DNA from: Octopus bimaculoides
Taxonomy: Eukaryota
Length of the DNA: 64,000 nt
Assembly: GCF_001194135.2 (NCBI RefSeq)
Contig: NC_068983.1
Coordinates: 72,137,262 to 72,201,261, forward strand
Reading direction: 5' to 3'
Below are positions 1 to 12,778 of the stretch, in pieces (position 1 is the stretch's first letter; each line of letters opens with the position of its first letter). Both the position numbers and the translations under genes were made by a program. The notes beneath the pieces were generated by a model, which saw only the letters and a program-made list of their open reading frames with translations, did not search any database and was not told the DNA's origin.

Positions 1-837
1 AGAGAAGTTTGGATTTGGTCATTCAACCATTCATCGACACCTGCATGCCATTGGAAAAGTTAGAAAATTGGGTCAATGGGTTCCTCACAAACTTTCCAAG
101 TCTAACCGCATGCAGAGAGTGAATGTGTGCTCTTCTTTGCTATCACGTCTCACAAATGAACCTTTTTTGGACTGAATAGTTACTGGTGACAAGAAATGGG
201 TTCTCTATTAAAATGTCAAGTACTGAAGACAATTGGGAGGGAAAAGAGAAACACCAGCAGCCCAGGCTAAAGAAGGTCTTCACCTACGTAAGGTGTTGTT
301 ATCTGTTTGGTGGGATATGAAAGGTTTAGTCCACTTTGAACTTTTAAACCTAAACCAAACGATAACAAAAGAGATTTACTGTGAGAAGCTTGAGCAGCTT
401 AAATCAGTGCTAGAAGAAAAACCACCATCTTTGGTTTCAAGACGAAAGGTGTTCTTCCATCAGAATAATGCTCGGCTACATACAGCAAGGATGACATTCC
501 AAAGGCTGGAGCAGTTTGAGTAGGAAACGATGCCCCACCCACTATATTCACCAGATATTGTCCCATCTGATTATCATTTATTCCACGGTCTTCAAAATCA
601 TTTAGACAGAAAAAAATAGGAATTCTGTAGATGAGGTCAGAACAGTAGTGGAGGAGTATTTGTCATCATGGACAAGTGAATTTTGGAAGAGGGGCCTTGC
701 AAGTCTACCTGATAGATGGAAGAGCATTGTAGAAAATGAAGGAGAGGATATTTTAGATTAAAAAAGAACTTTGTTTATCTTAATTTTGAAAAATATAAGA
801 AGTATAAAAAAAGCACATTATTTATGGAATGGTCCAA
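1..837 (+). mobile_element. Mariner (DD34D-type) transposon, decayed; left end outside window
   Basis: Translates to WVPHKL...IVTGDKKW...KVLLSVWWDMKG...HQNNARLH...YSPDIVPSDYHLF with several stops and frameshifts. Ends in TIR-like CACATTATTTATGGAATGGTCCAA followed by TA (838-839). Confidence 0.92.
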
Positions 838-1917
838 TATATTCCTAAATGTAAGGTAGTCATTGTTGGAATGCATTTGATCACAGGTCAACTGGATCAT
901 GGCTGATTTAGATCTAAGCAAAAACTACAGTATTAATGATGCAATGGTTAATACATATAAAATTATGGGAAATACTGTAAGATTGATTACCATAGATGAA
1001 TTTTTTTTCTACTGGGTTAAAGTAGTCAAAAGAAAAGCTAGCAATAATTAATTTTCTTTATCAAAATATAGACATTATCAAAAATTTTTTCTAAAATGTT
1101 CAAATTGCTTTGATAATGCCATCAAAGATAAGAAATTATTCTTATTTCTTTTTTCATAATTTCTATTTCATTGTTTATGTGGGTGTTTATGTGTATGAGA
1201 TTTTTTGGATGGAGTAATAGCAGATGAAAGAAGAAAGCAGTTTCAACTGAATAGTAGTAGCAGTTATTCTGAAGAACACTAAAATAGTTTTAAATTAAAT
1301 TTCAAATTTGCATTTTTAGAAATAGTTTATCATATGATGCCAATTTTACAGTATTACTTTCAATAATTATCTGCAATATTCTTTCCCCTATTGTCTTTTC
1401 TTTCTATTATTCAGAAGATATTCTACTCTTCTGCAAAATGCGATTTCATTTCAGCATATGCTGTAATTGATGTTCAGAATAAATAATTTTAATAATTGAA
1501 AAATATACTGAAAAGAAAAACATTGACAATTTTATAAAGATATACAAATAGTTATTTTAGACTCATGATATTCTAAAAGAAAATTATCTTTATGAAATGT
1601 GATTCCAAGGTTTTTTTAAATTTGTAAGTAATTTACATTGGTAAAATGACCCCTTGGAAGGATCATGCACTGGTTTTATTTAATTTATTTTCATTATTAT
1701 AATTAGTCAACTAGTTAACTAATCAATTGCATGATTAATTGTTCATTCACTCAATCATTTAGTCATTTTATGGTAACAATAAATGCAGGTGAAACAGTAT
1801 CAGTACATGTGTTTCTTATTGGTAAAATGACCCTCCCAAGATAAAACAGCATCTGTTTCAACATACATTTGTACATCAAGAATCTTGCAAAACAAATGCA
1901 AAAACAAAAGTTAAATG

Positions 1918-2332
1918 ACGTGAAGTATATTTGCCACTTAAATGCGGCTAACCCCTAAGGGTGAACACTACTATAGCTTGTAGCCCCAGGAAAACATCTC
2001 CTCCAGCTGGCTATTAACACACTTTCTGTGCCCTGTCGGTATTTGCAAAGGGAAGTCATCCTTTCCATCGTCGATCTGACGTGATACACACGGACCCGGG
2101 TTTCTGGGTATTTACTCTTCATCAGTGTACGACAATCACCGATCTTCGATGCGAAGGCATCCCAATGCAAATACATATATCCTTTTTGCAGTGACAAAAA
2201 TCCACTGATCTCAAAAAAATGTAAACAAGCAATAATAAATCTCTGAACGAAGTATAAAAAGTAGCTGCACGACAACGTGAAGTATATTTGCCACTTAAAT
2301 GTGGCTAACCCCTAAGAGTGAATGCTACTGTA
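1918..2332 (-). mobile_element. GC-rich ~415 bp element bounded by 58-bp direct repeats, with an internal hammerhead-like motif (possible Penelope solo pLTR or retrozyme-like unit)
   Basis: Direct repeats 1918-1975 and 2275-2332 (5 mismatches). CpGs retained. Minus strand 2085-2130 reads gtaca-CTGATGA-agagtaaataccca-GAAA-CCCGGG-TC. Confidence 0.55.
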
Positions 2333-3139
2333 TACCTGCTACTTTATACCTCGTTCAAAAGTTAAACGAATTTTTCAGAAAATTCTTGTTTTGGGATGTT
2401 ATGTTGCCCCCTGAAAGCTCTAAATTTCAATATATTTAGGCTAGAGTTAGAAAAGTAAACCAGCTGAAGAATGAAACTACATAAGTAAAATCATATATGT
2501 GGTAAATCATAAGCAAAACTGAGAAGAAAAAAACTCACAAAAAACATCAGGTAAAAGTATAAAGCCAAAGTGTCAATAACTGAAAGAAAGAAATAACCAC
2601 TGTTTCAGAGAGTTGTCCTGTGTCTAGAAAGATGACAGGAGAAGGAAAGGAAAAAGGAATTTGTAAGAAGGAAATGTGCAATTATCAAAGAAGTATGCCA
2701 ACATGTTTTTATGATTTATAAATAATCTAGAACTTATAACAACAAAAGGGTAGAACTCCCCCTTCCTCTCCTTCTCTCTCTCTCTACACATTCAGATACA
2801 TACATACATAAATACATGTATGTATTATGTACACAAATATACACAGCGTATATTTCAAGAAATGCCCTTAGCATTAAAGAGTATATATATTAAACCATAG
2901 ATGATGATAATTATATGTCTATATTTCTGAGATGAGCTATTACTAAAGTAGTAAGTATTACTATAAACTTTTCTCTTTCAAGTAATGTTGTATTTTACTC
3001 ATATTTTCTCATCTTCTTTAGGTCCATATTTTTATATGAATACATATGCTATTATTAAATAAAAAGAACACAAAACTTTGGAAGAGTGATTACATAATAT
3101 ACATAGTAAAATAAAAAAAAGTTTTTTAGGTTTGTATGT

Positions 3140-3540
3140 TGCTGGAAAAAGAGTTTCTGACGTTTTGGACAAAGTTCTTCTTCTGGAAATGAAATATATT
3201 CTTCTTCATCCTCAATAGATGAGAACTCGGACATAGCAACAGAGTGGATGATAACAGAAAATAACTTAAAATCAGTTGTATGTATATGTTGGAGGGGAGT
3301 AGTATGAGAGAGAAAAGAACTTGGGAGAGGCTAAGGTTGGAAGTGGAGAGAAAATATGAGCAATAAGATAGTGGAGGAGGTTAGAATGGCAAGGAAGTGG
3401 GGAAGAATAATGGTTGGTTTAAAGCAGGGAGTATTTCTATTTTGAGGCAGGGTCAACAAAAGTAAACTAGTATGGAGGAAAAATGTAAAATTTATCAATA
3501 TTTCCAATAATGATTGTACATCTATGTCACATGAGACCAC
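3140..3540 (-). mobile_element. Decayed Penelope-like 3' region with degenerate hammerhead
   Basis: Minus strand 3152-3190 reads atttc-CAGAAGA-agaactttgtcc-AAAA-CGT-C-agaaac, a mutated CTGAAGA...GAAACGTC minimal hammerhead, preceded by a pyrimidine-rich tract. Confidence 0.4.
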
Positions 3541-4499
3541 CTTTCAGAGGTGGTCACTCAACCAGCTAGAAATAGTAATCAAAGTTCCCTTAAAAATCAC
3601 AATCTACCATCTTAAAAAAAGAAAGAGACATTGGATAATGTAGTCTCTGATAAATAAAAAGATGGGATACTCATAAATGTAACACCTTTCATCATAGGTT
3701 TGCTTGTTCCAGGGTAAATTAGAACTCAGCAACATGAACAACAATAACACTTTCAGTACACATCACTCTGCTACTCACTTATCATACAGGGTATATAAAG
3801 GTTTGTTTATTATTTCAATCTGGTGTCCTTTGAAATAAAGTTAATATGGCAGGTGTTTATTTTGAAGTATAAGTATAGGAATGTGGTCATCTGTGTTCCT
3901 TAGCCCAATGTTTGCCTTGATCCAACATTTTTTTGATTAAAACATTCCACCTATAGTCATCGCATCAGTGCAGGAAGCAGTACATTATCCAATGTGTCTT
4001 TTTAATGATGGTAGTGTGTGAGTTGAAGAGACTGAGCTGCTACTTCTAGCAGAACAAGCAACCACATAAAGGCTCTTTTATTGGATTGTAACAAAGTTGC
4101 TTTAGTAAGATTCAATTCCTTAGTGAATGCAATACAAAAAATTTAGGTAAACCTCTTGAAATGCTTTCTCCAAGGAGTCCTACAAAGTTTGTAGTTTGGA
4201 TCATGCATTCTAAGACAAAATGAATATAGATGATAGAAGGCAAACAAGCAGAGTCTGTAGTTAAACCTGAGGAGATAGGAAGAGAGAAAGCTTGAAAGTG
4301 AATTTGGTATTTAGACAATTCAATAAGTACAATAATTGTGAGAAGTAACAGTTAAAAGGATTTATGACAATATCACTTATACAATAAATCTGCCTATGAA
4401 ATATACATTACACTTCAAAGATTCTAGAATGCATGGTGAGGTTCTAGATGATTCTAAAATACATATACACACAACCAGGCCTATTCTCCATTTTTTCTT

Positions 4500-4920
4500 T
4501 TTTTTTTTAAGAGAGGGTAGCCACAGCAAGGAATTCCATTCATTTCCCAGCTCAAAGGAGTGAGCCCCGTTTTATGCTCGGGTCAAGGCATAGAACGCAA
4601 CTCCCAACAAGGCATAGAATGGGGCCCAACAGCATATGCTGATTTACTCCTGCCACATCATGCTGATTCCGTACCCTTTTGAGCAACATCAGAATTCACT
4701 CATCCATACACAAACACTCTCCAAGCTTTCCTACCATTTATAAACTCTCTTACCTCTCTCACTCCAACACCTCTAACTACCAAAGCTTTCCTGACTCCAT
4801 CCATTCACACAAACCGAGGTCTGTTTCTGATCCTGCTGCCTACCACTTCAGCCTTTATTACCCTCCTTACCATCCACTCCATGTGGCCAAACCACCTCAA
4901 CATTCATCTATCCAATTTGG
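4500..4920 (-). mobile_element. RTE-clade LINE C-terminal fragment plus 3' UTR
   Basis: Minus strand translates to RMLRWFGHMEWM...GSRIRNRPRFV*MDGVRKAL, matching the RTE post-RT motif (LRWFGH...GRPR). Confidence 0.7.
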
Positions 4921-5254
4921 ATTTTATATATGAATGGTATGGTGACAGAGGTAAATGCTAGATTCTAAAATGAATGTAGTGAAATAGAGGCAAGATGATA
5001 ATCTTTCTATGTTTGTATAGGTCCATAACTATTTAGTAATATTTTCCTGCTAGGTGCTATAAACTTTTGGTAGATTGGGACAATTGACAGCAATGTCTTC
5101 TTTGCATTCTAACAAAACACAATCTGTTTTTACTCTATAAGGTCAAATGGCAGCTAAAGGAAAGGCTGGTGCGAAAATGGCAGATGCTATTGCCAGGAAT
5201 GTGACATAAGTAAATCTAAGAAACAAGACTTTTGGTGACATGATAAAGCTAAAC

Positions 5255-5288
<34 letters not shown>

Positions 5289-7719
5289 TATAATAATAAT
5301 AATAATTATAATAATAATAAATTATTATTATTATTATTATTATTAATAGATAAAATTAAGTACTGACTTTAGTTTGATGCAGTCACATTTCACCTATTGA
5401 TAACGAGCAGGCAAGAAAAGTAAAATCTCCTGTCAACAAATTGAATTTACTTATTTCTTTATCAAAACTCTCTCCATACCATTCATCAATTCTATGAGCC
5501 CAAATATCTCCTCTGTCATCAAAAAGAAAGATGCTTTCATTATTGATGAACACATGAGAAATAAAGTATTTTAGAGTGCTGGGAAATAACTCTGACAAAT
5601 GAGATAAATATATTTCATGCTTTTGTTTGTGAGAGTAACAAAACTAAAACGAAAGGATACATTTTCATAAAGGAAATACAAAAACAGATGTAACTTTTTA
5701 TTTAAACATTAAAAAAAATTTTTTGCAACTAATTTCTTCTTCTTACTATTATATGGGGGTTTAACAGTCGAGTTCACACTTAAATAAAGATCAATTTGCC
5801 AAAATATGGCTTTCAATCATTTTCTTTGAAATTATCAAATTATAGGAAATTCCTTCTGAAAAATATTATTCATACATTTCGTTATGAGCTTCATATATAT
5901 GTTAAAATTATCACTGTGTATGTTTTTTAAAAGTTTGATTTGCTTAGTCTCCTACACTGATGATTGATTTCTCTTTTCTTGCCTCATTTTCTATAACTTC
6001 ATCACTTTATTTTTTTTCTTTTAACTATCCATATCTCCCTTCTCTTTCTTTATTCTTAACTTAGAACAAGAATAATGTCTGCAGTAGTATTTTACAAGCT
6101 GATATGCTACTCAAGATCATGTTTTCAATTGGCATGATCAAAAGCATAAGAGAATTTTAAGTCTCCACCAGGCCCTAAGCTGCAAGAAGCTTGAGTTAAG
6201 AGCTTGTCTAGAATTTTACAGCTTTCAAGTTGTTTCTTTTGTTGCCTTTAGAGAGGAAGAAACACCTGAAACACATTATACAAATCATGGTTTACTTCTT
6301 TATATCTCACCTTACCACCTCTATCATGCTGACAATACATATTGTAAGGTTACTTTCCAACAGCTTTTACTCATAGGATGATGCTATAAAAATTGGTCTA
6401 ATTTCTACAGCTAAATGCATAACAGATTTGTTCCCTTCCTAATCTATTTTGAGTTATGGTGACCAGAGAACTTGCAAAACTGAGTAGCTGTAAGTATAAA
6501 TTTTTCAACAATTTGTTCAATGGCTTTTATGTTTCTTTTAATTCAACAGGCATGCAAATGTATTATTTTCACTTTACATACTAGAAGGAGAGAGTTAAGT
6601 TAGGATTATGTTGATTCAAAAGGATTTTTTATTTATTTCTACAACTTCAGACAATTTAGTGAAAAATATCTAAAAATATCACCATAACAAGTAGATTAAA
6701 AAGTCCTTATCAAAAGTTGTTTTAACAGTTGAGATTCTCAAGACCTACATTCCAAATGAATTTCGTTGATAGAATCAACAAATCTCAGTTACTCAGCTAA
6801 AAATAAATCACATACTCAAACATAGAAACAATCATTTCATCATCCAAGAATAAAATAAATTGATGTACACAGGGCAAAAAAGGGAAATTCCCACATTGCA
6901 ATTATATTAATGAGACACACTTCTTGTGAATTACAATGATATTTTGGTGTTGATTTAGATTAAGTGTTGCAGATGAAAAGGTTACACTGGGATTTAGAAC
7001 ATTCTCAACTGTTGCTATGTCAGTTTACTGAATAATACCAACAGGCATCAGTCATTTGTGTGCTTCTAATTAAAAGGGAAACTGAAGTATATTGAAGAGA
7101 TACAGAGAGAGAGAAAAAAATAGATGTTTAGATGGTGGGAGAGAAAACAACAAATAAAAGAAAGAAATTTTTTTATCTTAATACAATGTTATGGAGAATG
7201 CTGAAGAATAATTTAGCTACTGTTTCTAGTAATTCAATCATTTGTCCTGGTAAGACAAATTTAATGACATTTTTATCTCTATCTGGCTCTCATTTACAGA
7301 ACTGACTCATTCTAAACAACTAAATGCCAAAAACAGATTCAATTCCAAATTTTTTTCAACTCACTCATTCACATACACAAATAAATAAAAGGTATGAATT
7401 TTCTATTAAAAAAAAACTATTCATGGTGAATTCCTCAAAGCATGTTCGAACTCATAAACAAGCCATTCACTCTGTTTTGTCATGGAGAAAATTTGTCGCA
7501 GTAAACAAATGGTGTAAATACACCTAAATAAATGGCTTTTATCCAAATATTGACTATGTCCTTTTTCTTAATAAATAAAATCTGTATACCACTTTAAACA
7601 ATCTAAATATATACATCTATAATTGCCCCTGCTACCTGAGGTACCATCTGGATACCTCATCACCAGTGTCTGTCTCCTCGAAGATACCTCTACTTTATTC
7701 TCACTCTCTCTCTCTCTCT

Positions 7720-8075
7720 CCTAAATGTGAGTAACCATGTAGCTACTCTACAAGAAGCTGCTCTACTGCAACCTCTTCTCTCATACCTTAACCCCCATCT
7801 AGCATGCAGAGGCAACATCCTCCCTCCCTTGGTTTGTTGACTTATGAGCTCAATAGTGGTGACCTCAATAGTGCCAGTGACAAAAGAAAAGCACCCAGTA
7901 CACACTGTTAAGTGGTTGGTGTTATGAAAGGCATCCAGCCATAAAAGCCATGCCAAAGTAGATACTGGAATACAATGCAATCCTTGGCTCATAGGATCCT
8001 TGTCAAATCATTCAACCCATGCCAGCATGAAACATGGACATTAAATTATGAAGATGATGATGATGATGATGATGG
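7720..8075 (+). mobile_element. RTE-type 3' tail fragment ending in (GAT)n
   Basis: Contains aaagcacccagtacac...ggcatccagcc...aacccatgccagcatg...gatgatgat. A related upstream segment starting aatgtgagtaaccatg recurs at ~16262. Confidence 0.65.
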
Positions 8076-8102
8076 CAACTATGATGTGTATACATATATA
8101 TA

Positions 8103-8590
8103 NNNNNNNNNNNNNNNNNNNNNNNNNNNNNNNNNNNNNNNNNNNNNNNNNNNNNNNNNNNNNNNNNNNNNNNNNNNNNNNNNNNNNNNNNNNNNNNNNN
8201 NNNNNNNNNNNNNNNNNNNNNNNNNNNNNNNNNNNNNNNNNNNNNNNNNNNNNNNNNNNNNNNNNNNNNNNNNNNNNNNNNNNNNNNNNNNNNNNNNNNN
8301 NNNNNNNNNNNNNNNNNNNNNNNNNNNNNNNNNNNNNNNNNNNNNNNNNNNNNNNNNNNNNNNNNNNNNNNNNNNNNNNNNNNNNNNNNNNNNNNNNNNN
8401 NNNNNNNNNNNNNNNNNNNNNNNNNNNNNNNNNNNNNNNNNNNNNNNNNNNNNNNNNNNNNNNNNNNNNNNNNNNNNNNNNNNNNNNNNNNNNNNNNNNN
8501 NNNNNNNNNNNNNNNNNNNNNNNNNNNNNNNNNNNNNNNNNNNNNNNNNNNNNNNNNNNNNNNNNNNNNNNNNNNNNNNNNNNNNNNNNN
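8103..8590. other. Assembly gap (other gaps: 16927-17037, 29670-29679, 52564-53243, 60000-60456)
   Basis: N runs, mostly flanked by (TA)n or other repeats. Confidence 1.
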
Positions 8591-8642
<52 letters not shown>

Positions 8643-9295
8643 CAGGCAGATAGATAGATAGATAGGTCACCCTTCTCCATAGAAAAACTAATATTATAGT
8701 TAATTATTTTTATCTTGAAATATACATTCATCTACTTAACTGTTTAAATAGTATTCACATGGCAACAGTTGGTTTAACTTCGATTTGCTTGCATTTCTCT
8801 TTCTCTATAGAAAGAAATGTAAAATTTTGCATGCTTTCTAATTAGTGATTCACTTGCTAATAATTTGGTAAGTTACTGAAAGGTTCATTGATGAACCTTT
8901 GAAAATATATAAATAAATATAATACAGCCAATGCTTTCCTCAATACTTACTGATGAAAATAATATTAGTCATCAACTAATATTATTTTTTTTAATTACCA
9001 ATTATCAGAATTTAACCTTTGCATGTTTTGATCATTAAATATGTTTTAGCAAGAATTGCTGTGTGGTTAAGAAGTTTGCTTTGCAACTATGTGATTCTGG
9101 CTCTGATCCAACTGTATGACACTCTGGGCAGGTATTTTCAACTGAAGCCAAAGCCTTCCGATGGCTGGATGCTATACAGAAGTCCATCTACCAATTGGAT
9201 AGGGTAAGCTGATATCTAGCTCAGAATTTGATAGTTTATGATATGCTTGTGGTCCTCAAAATTCTCTGGTCTTCCTAGTTGTAAATAGGTACCAT

Positions 9296-9515
9296 ACTCT
9301 TTACTCTTTTACTTGTTTCAGTCATTTGACTGCGGCCATGCTGGAGCACCACCTTTAGTCGAGCAAATCAACCCCAGGACTTATTCTTTGGAAGCCTAGT
9401 ACTTATTCTATCAGTCTCTTTTGCCGAACCGCTAAGTTACGGGGACGTAAACACACCAGTATCGGTTGTCAAGCGATGTTGGGGGGGGGGGACAAACACA
9501 GACACACAAACATAT

Positions 9516-9552
<37 letters not shown>

Positions 9553-9709
9553 CGAGGGACTTCTTTCAGTTTCCGTCTACCAAATCCACTCACAAGGCTT
9601 TGGACGGCCTGAGGCTATAGTAGAAGACACTTGCCCAAGGTGCCACGCAGTGGGACTGAACCCAGAACTAAGTGGTTGGTAAGCAAGCTACTTACCACAC
9701 AGCCACTCC
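9296..9709 (-). mobile_element. tRNA-derived SINE, family A (internal microsatellite)
   Basis: Minus-strand head ggagtggctgtgtggtaagtagcttgcttaccaacc...gttcagtcccactgcgtggcaccttgggcaagtgtc, internal (TA)n, body gtcccc...aagtactaggc...cagcatggccgcagtcaaatgactgaaac. Many degenerate copies in the window (e.g. ~9050, ~11800, ~38280-38445, ~57230, ~60620). Confidence 0.85.
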
Positions 9710-10722
9710 CCGTATAAGAGAAAACTGAACTCAAGAGAAAGGCAATGGCAAACCACTGCTATGAAGTACCAGAAAAGTCTTGCAAACACAGATGTTCCAC
9801 AGGTCAGCAAAAGCCAGATTTACCTTGATGGTTACATCTATTCATCCATCCATACATTCATCAGCATAAATGTCTAGTAGCATTCTTAGTTTACTTGGAT
9901 GATAAGCTCCAAATATGAAGTTTATTTAGGTTTCAATATCACAATTATAAAAATTAGGTATCAAAAAAAGAAAACTGGAAATGTCCAATCATTTTTAGAG
10001 CACAAAGGTATTTATGAGAATTAAAATCAGAATGTGGAAACTTTTATCCAATGGCATGAAAATGAAAATCATATAAGATGAACAGGAAAAAAAGAGAAAA
10101 AAGAAAAACAGTAAAAGAGGAAAGTCTGTATTCAATGGTAGGAGGGGGCGTTTCTCAGAGACTGATCTCAGTGATGAGTATGGCTATGGAGAAATTGATG
10201 GAAATTGCTCATTGATTGCTTTTGTGTGTGTGAGTAAAATGTGTGTGTATATATAAATATATATATAAAATGTATACATGTATATACACATATACGTGTG
10301 TATGCACGTATGTATATTTGCATGAGCACACACATGCATGTGTGTGTAGGGGGTTGGGGTGCATGTATCTTTCACCATGGCAAACAGAAAATCAATAAGC
10401 AAGCTTGTATTTTCAAGTAATGTGAGCACAAAAGATTGGGATGGTGTGAACTGTGGGGATTGTTTTGACTTGACTTAAGGCAGGATATTAAGAGTTGCAT
10501 ACAACAGGGAAGATTTAGTTGACAGAGAAATGCATAAGGAAGAGATGAAAGGGAGTGGAAGAACAAATATTGAAAGCTAGGCATTAGTCTTGGCCATGGA
10601 TGAAATAATCTGTGAATATGGAGTAAAGATTGGTTGGATATCATGTTTATAAAACTCCTTTATTATAGGAATTATAAGGATAAAAAGTAGCAAATAATAA
10701 TAGTAATTCATTTTAGGTTTTA

Positions 10723-10760
<38 letters not shown>

Positions 10761-11094
10761 TGTGTGTGTGTGCATGCATGTGTGTGCATGCATGCACACA
10801 TGCATGTGCCATAATGAAAAAGGAATATTTAAATATATGCACATATTATAAAGGCCTCATAGATATGCTATTGTAATATGCTATGTAGAAGGACCTAACC
10901 AATAGCAACATGTACAATATTTCCAATTCTATGTACCACTATTCATAAGTACTAAACTCCAGTGAAAAGAAACAAAACAAAGAATTAGAGATGTTGGAAC
11001 AAGTTGAAATATTGATCCCTAAACCAATAGTCACTTGAATCCTGAAAATATTAGATTCACTTCAATTAACTAAACTACATTACACTACACTTAT

Positions 11095-11484
11095 GTTGTT
11101 CTTGTTGGCACTCCATCGCTTATGACGTCGAGGGTTCCAGTTGATCCGATCAACGGAACAACCTGCTCGTGAAATTAATGTGCAAGTGGCTGAACACTCC
11201 ACAGACATGTGTACCCTTAATGTAGTTCTCAGGGATATTCAGCGTGACACAGTGTGACAAGGCTGACCCTTTGAATTACAGGCACAACAGAAACAGGAAG
11301 TAAGAGTGAGAGAAAGTTGTGGTGATAGAGTACAGCAGGGTTTGCCACCATCCCCTGCCGAAGCCTCGTGGAGCTTTAGGTGTTTTTGCTCAAGAAACAC
11401 TCACAACGCCCGGTCTGGGAATCGAAACCGCGATCCTATGACCGCGAGTCCGCTGCCCTAACTACTGGGCCATTGCGCCTCCAC
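11095..11484 (-). mobile_element. tRNA-derived SINE, family C, young copy with TSD
   Basis: Head gtggaggcgcaatggcccagtagttagggcagcggactcgcgg...gtttcgattcccagacc carries A and B boxes. TSD tacacttat at 11086-11094 and 11485-11493. Near-identical copy at 14539-14924. Confidence 0.88.
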
Positions 11485-12152
11485 TACACTTATACACAAG
11501 CAGAATAACTACAAAATAATATATTGGACCGTCAGTTCAGAGATCTTTTGTTCAAATTCCTTGCATGGGAATTGTTGAGTATTTGGAGGTTCTATGTACC
11601 TAATAGTTCACTTGAGGCTGAAGAATATGTACCAGATACTTTTAAAATACAATAGATCAATGTTACTCAAGGCAGGGAACATGCTCCAGCAGTGAGAAAT
11701 GTGACAATATTTTGGTGGTATGTGGATTAATTTAGAACAGGGTATAAGTAACAAGCGAATGAAACTTGCAATAAAGTTTAAATTAAAACTTCTTTGGCAG
11801 TGAGGTAAGAAGTTTGCTTTCCATACATGTCATTCTGGGTTTACTCCCACTGTATTACATCTTGGGTGTCTATTACTATAGCTCCAGGCTGACCAAAGTC
11901 TTGTTAGTGGATTTGATAGATGGAAACTGAAAGGAACTCATTGCACGTGTGTGTGTGCGTTTTACAGTCTCTTTGCTCTGACATTACATGATAGTTGTAA
12001 ACAAGTGTCACCATCATGCATGCAGTGTCCTTCATTTCCATTAACATATGTGCCCAAAGGGAAATATTGGTTTAATACAGTTCTATATTTAAGAGATGAG
12101 GAACTATGTACATTATTTACATTTGACAGATATTTGTCCTCATCTTGTTGTT

Positions 12153-12198
12153 AACACAATGTTTCGGCTGATATACCCTCCAACCTTCATCAGGTGTT
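12153..12198 (-). ncRNA. Minimal type I hammerhead ribozyme (Penelope-associated)
   Basis: aacac-CTGATGA-a-ggttg-gagggtatat-cagcc-GAAA-CAT-T-gtgtt. Stem I is aacac/gtgtt, stem II is ggttg/cagcc, and stem III looks like the palindrome ACGT decayed to ACAT. Confidence 0.72.
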
Positions 12199-12299
12199 TT
12201 GGGGAAATTTCAAACCTGTGTTCTCATTCCTAAAGTGTTTTTCGATGTTGCTGTTGTTGTTGTTGTTGTTGTTATTATTATTATTATTATTATTATTCA

Positions 12300-12372
12300 G
12301 GTCACTGCTTGGAATCAAACTTGGAATCTTGGGGTTAGTAGCCCGTGCTCTTAACCACTACACCATATGCCA
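12300..12372 (-). promoter_or_regulatory. tRNA-like Pol III type-2 promoter segment inside the Penelope-like element
   Basis: ggcatatggtgtagtggttaagagcacgggctactaaccccaagattccaagtttgattccaagcagtgacc, with A-box-like TGGTGTAGTGG and B-box-like GTTTGATTCC. Confidence 0.6.
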
Positions 12373-12778
12373 GTGAGCAATTATGGAGTGAATTTTTAGG
12401 GCTTATAAAATCTAATATTTTCCTATCCTTCCTTAATACCAGTTCCCATATGCTATTCATATCTGCACACAGTCTGCTTAGGAGGTTGTTGTGTCCTAGT
12501 ATATGTGCTGCTTCTTTTAGATTTCATATTTTCCAGTGGTGTTCTCTGTCTATCATTTTAACTTCATCCCACAGGAGGTGGTCTCCATTTTTCCATACAT
12601 GATCAGCTATATCTGATTTATCAATATCTCCTTGTGTCACAGCTTTCCGATGTTCCTCTACCCTTTTTTTGAGGAGGTGACATGTTTCACCTTTGTATAA
12701 CCTACCACAGCAACATGGGATGGAGTACACGCAGTTTTTGGTCATATTTTATTCTATTAGTGGTTTTACCTGAAGGAG

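Larger units (their letters stand above)
12145..12778 (-). mobile_element. Penelope-like element 3' part (GIY-YIG endonuclease remnant plus pLTR-like region)
   Basis: ORF 12524-12745 reads NCVYSIPCCCGRLYKGETCHLLKKRVEEHRKAV...IADHVWK...EHHWKI (GIY-YIG), followed on the same strand by a tRNA-like segment, (AAT)n(AAC)n and a hammerhead. Confidence 0.88.

Noticed and set aside
1639-1840. Short repeat ttggtaaaatgaccc at ~1639 and ~1819
   Set aside because: Only ~15 bp in AT-rich DNA, with no further structure.
5140-5210. Plus-strand segment tctataag|GQMAAKGKAGAKMADAIARNVT*
   Set aside because: Short, no supporting neighbouring exons and no recognised homology.
5383-5598. Protein-like ORF (DDRGDIWAHRIDEWYGESFDKEI...)
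   Set aside because: No family recognised and splice signals are weak. It could be a chance ORF or a repeat remnant.
7975-8731. Long ORFs over N gaps (also 52295-53443 and 59892-60679)
   Set aside because: Artefacts of N runs translated as X plus flanking (TA)n/(GA)n.
11410-11484. tRNA gene
   Set aside because: The tRNA-like sequence is the head of a SINE (continuous with a repeat body, TSD-flanked, duplicated at 14850-14924). The same applies to the other tRNA-like heads.
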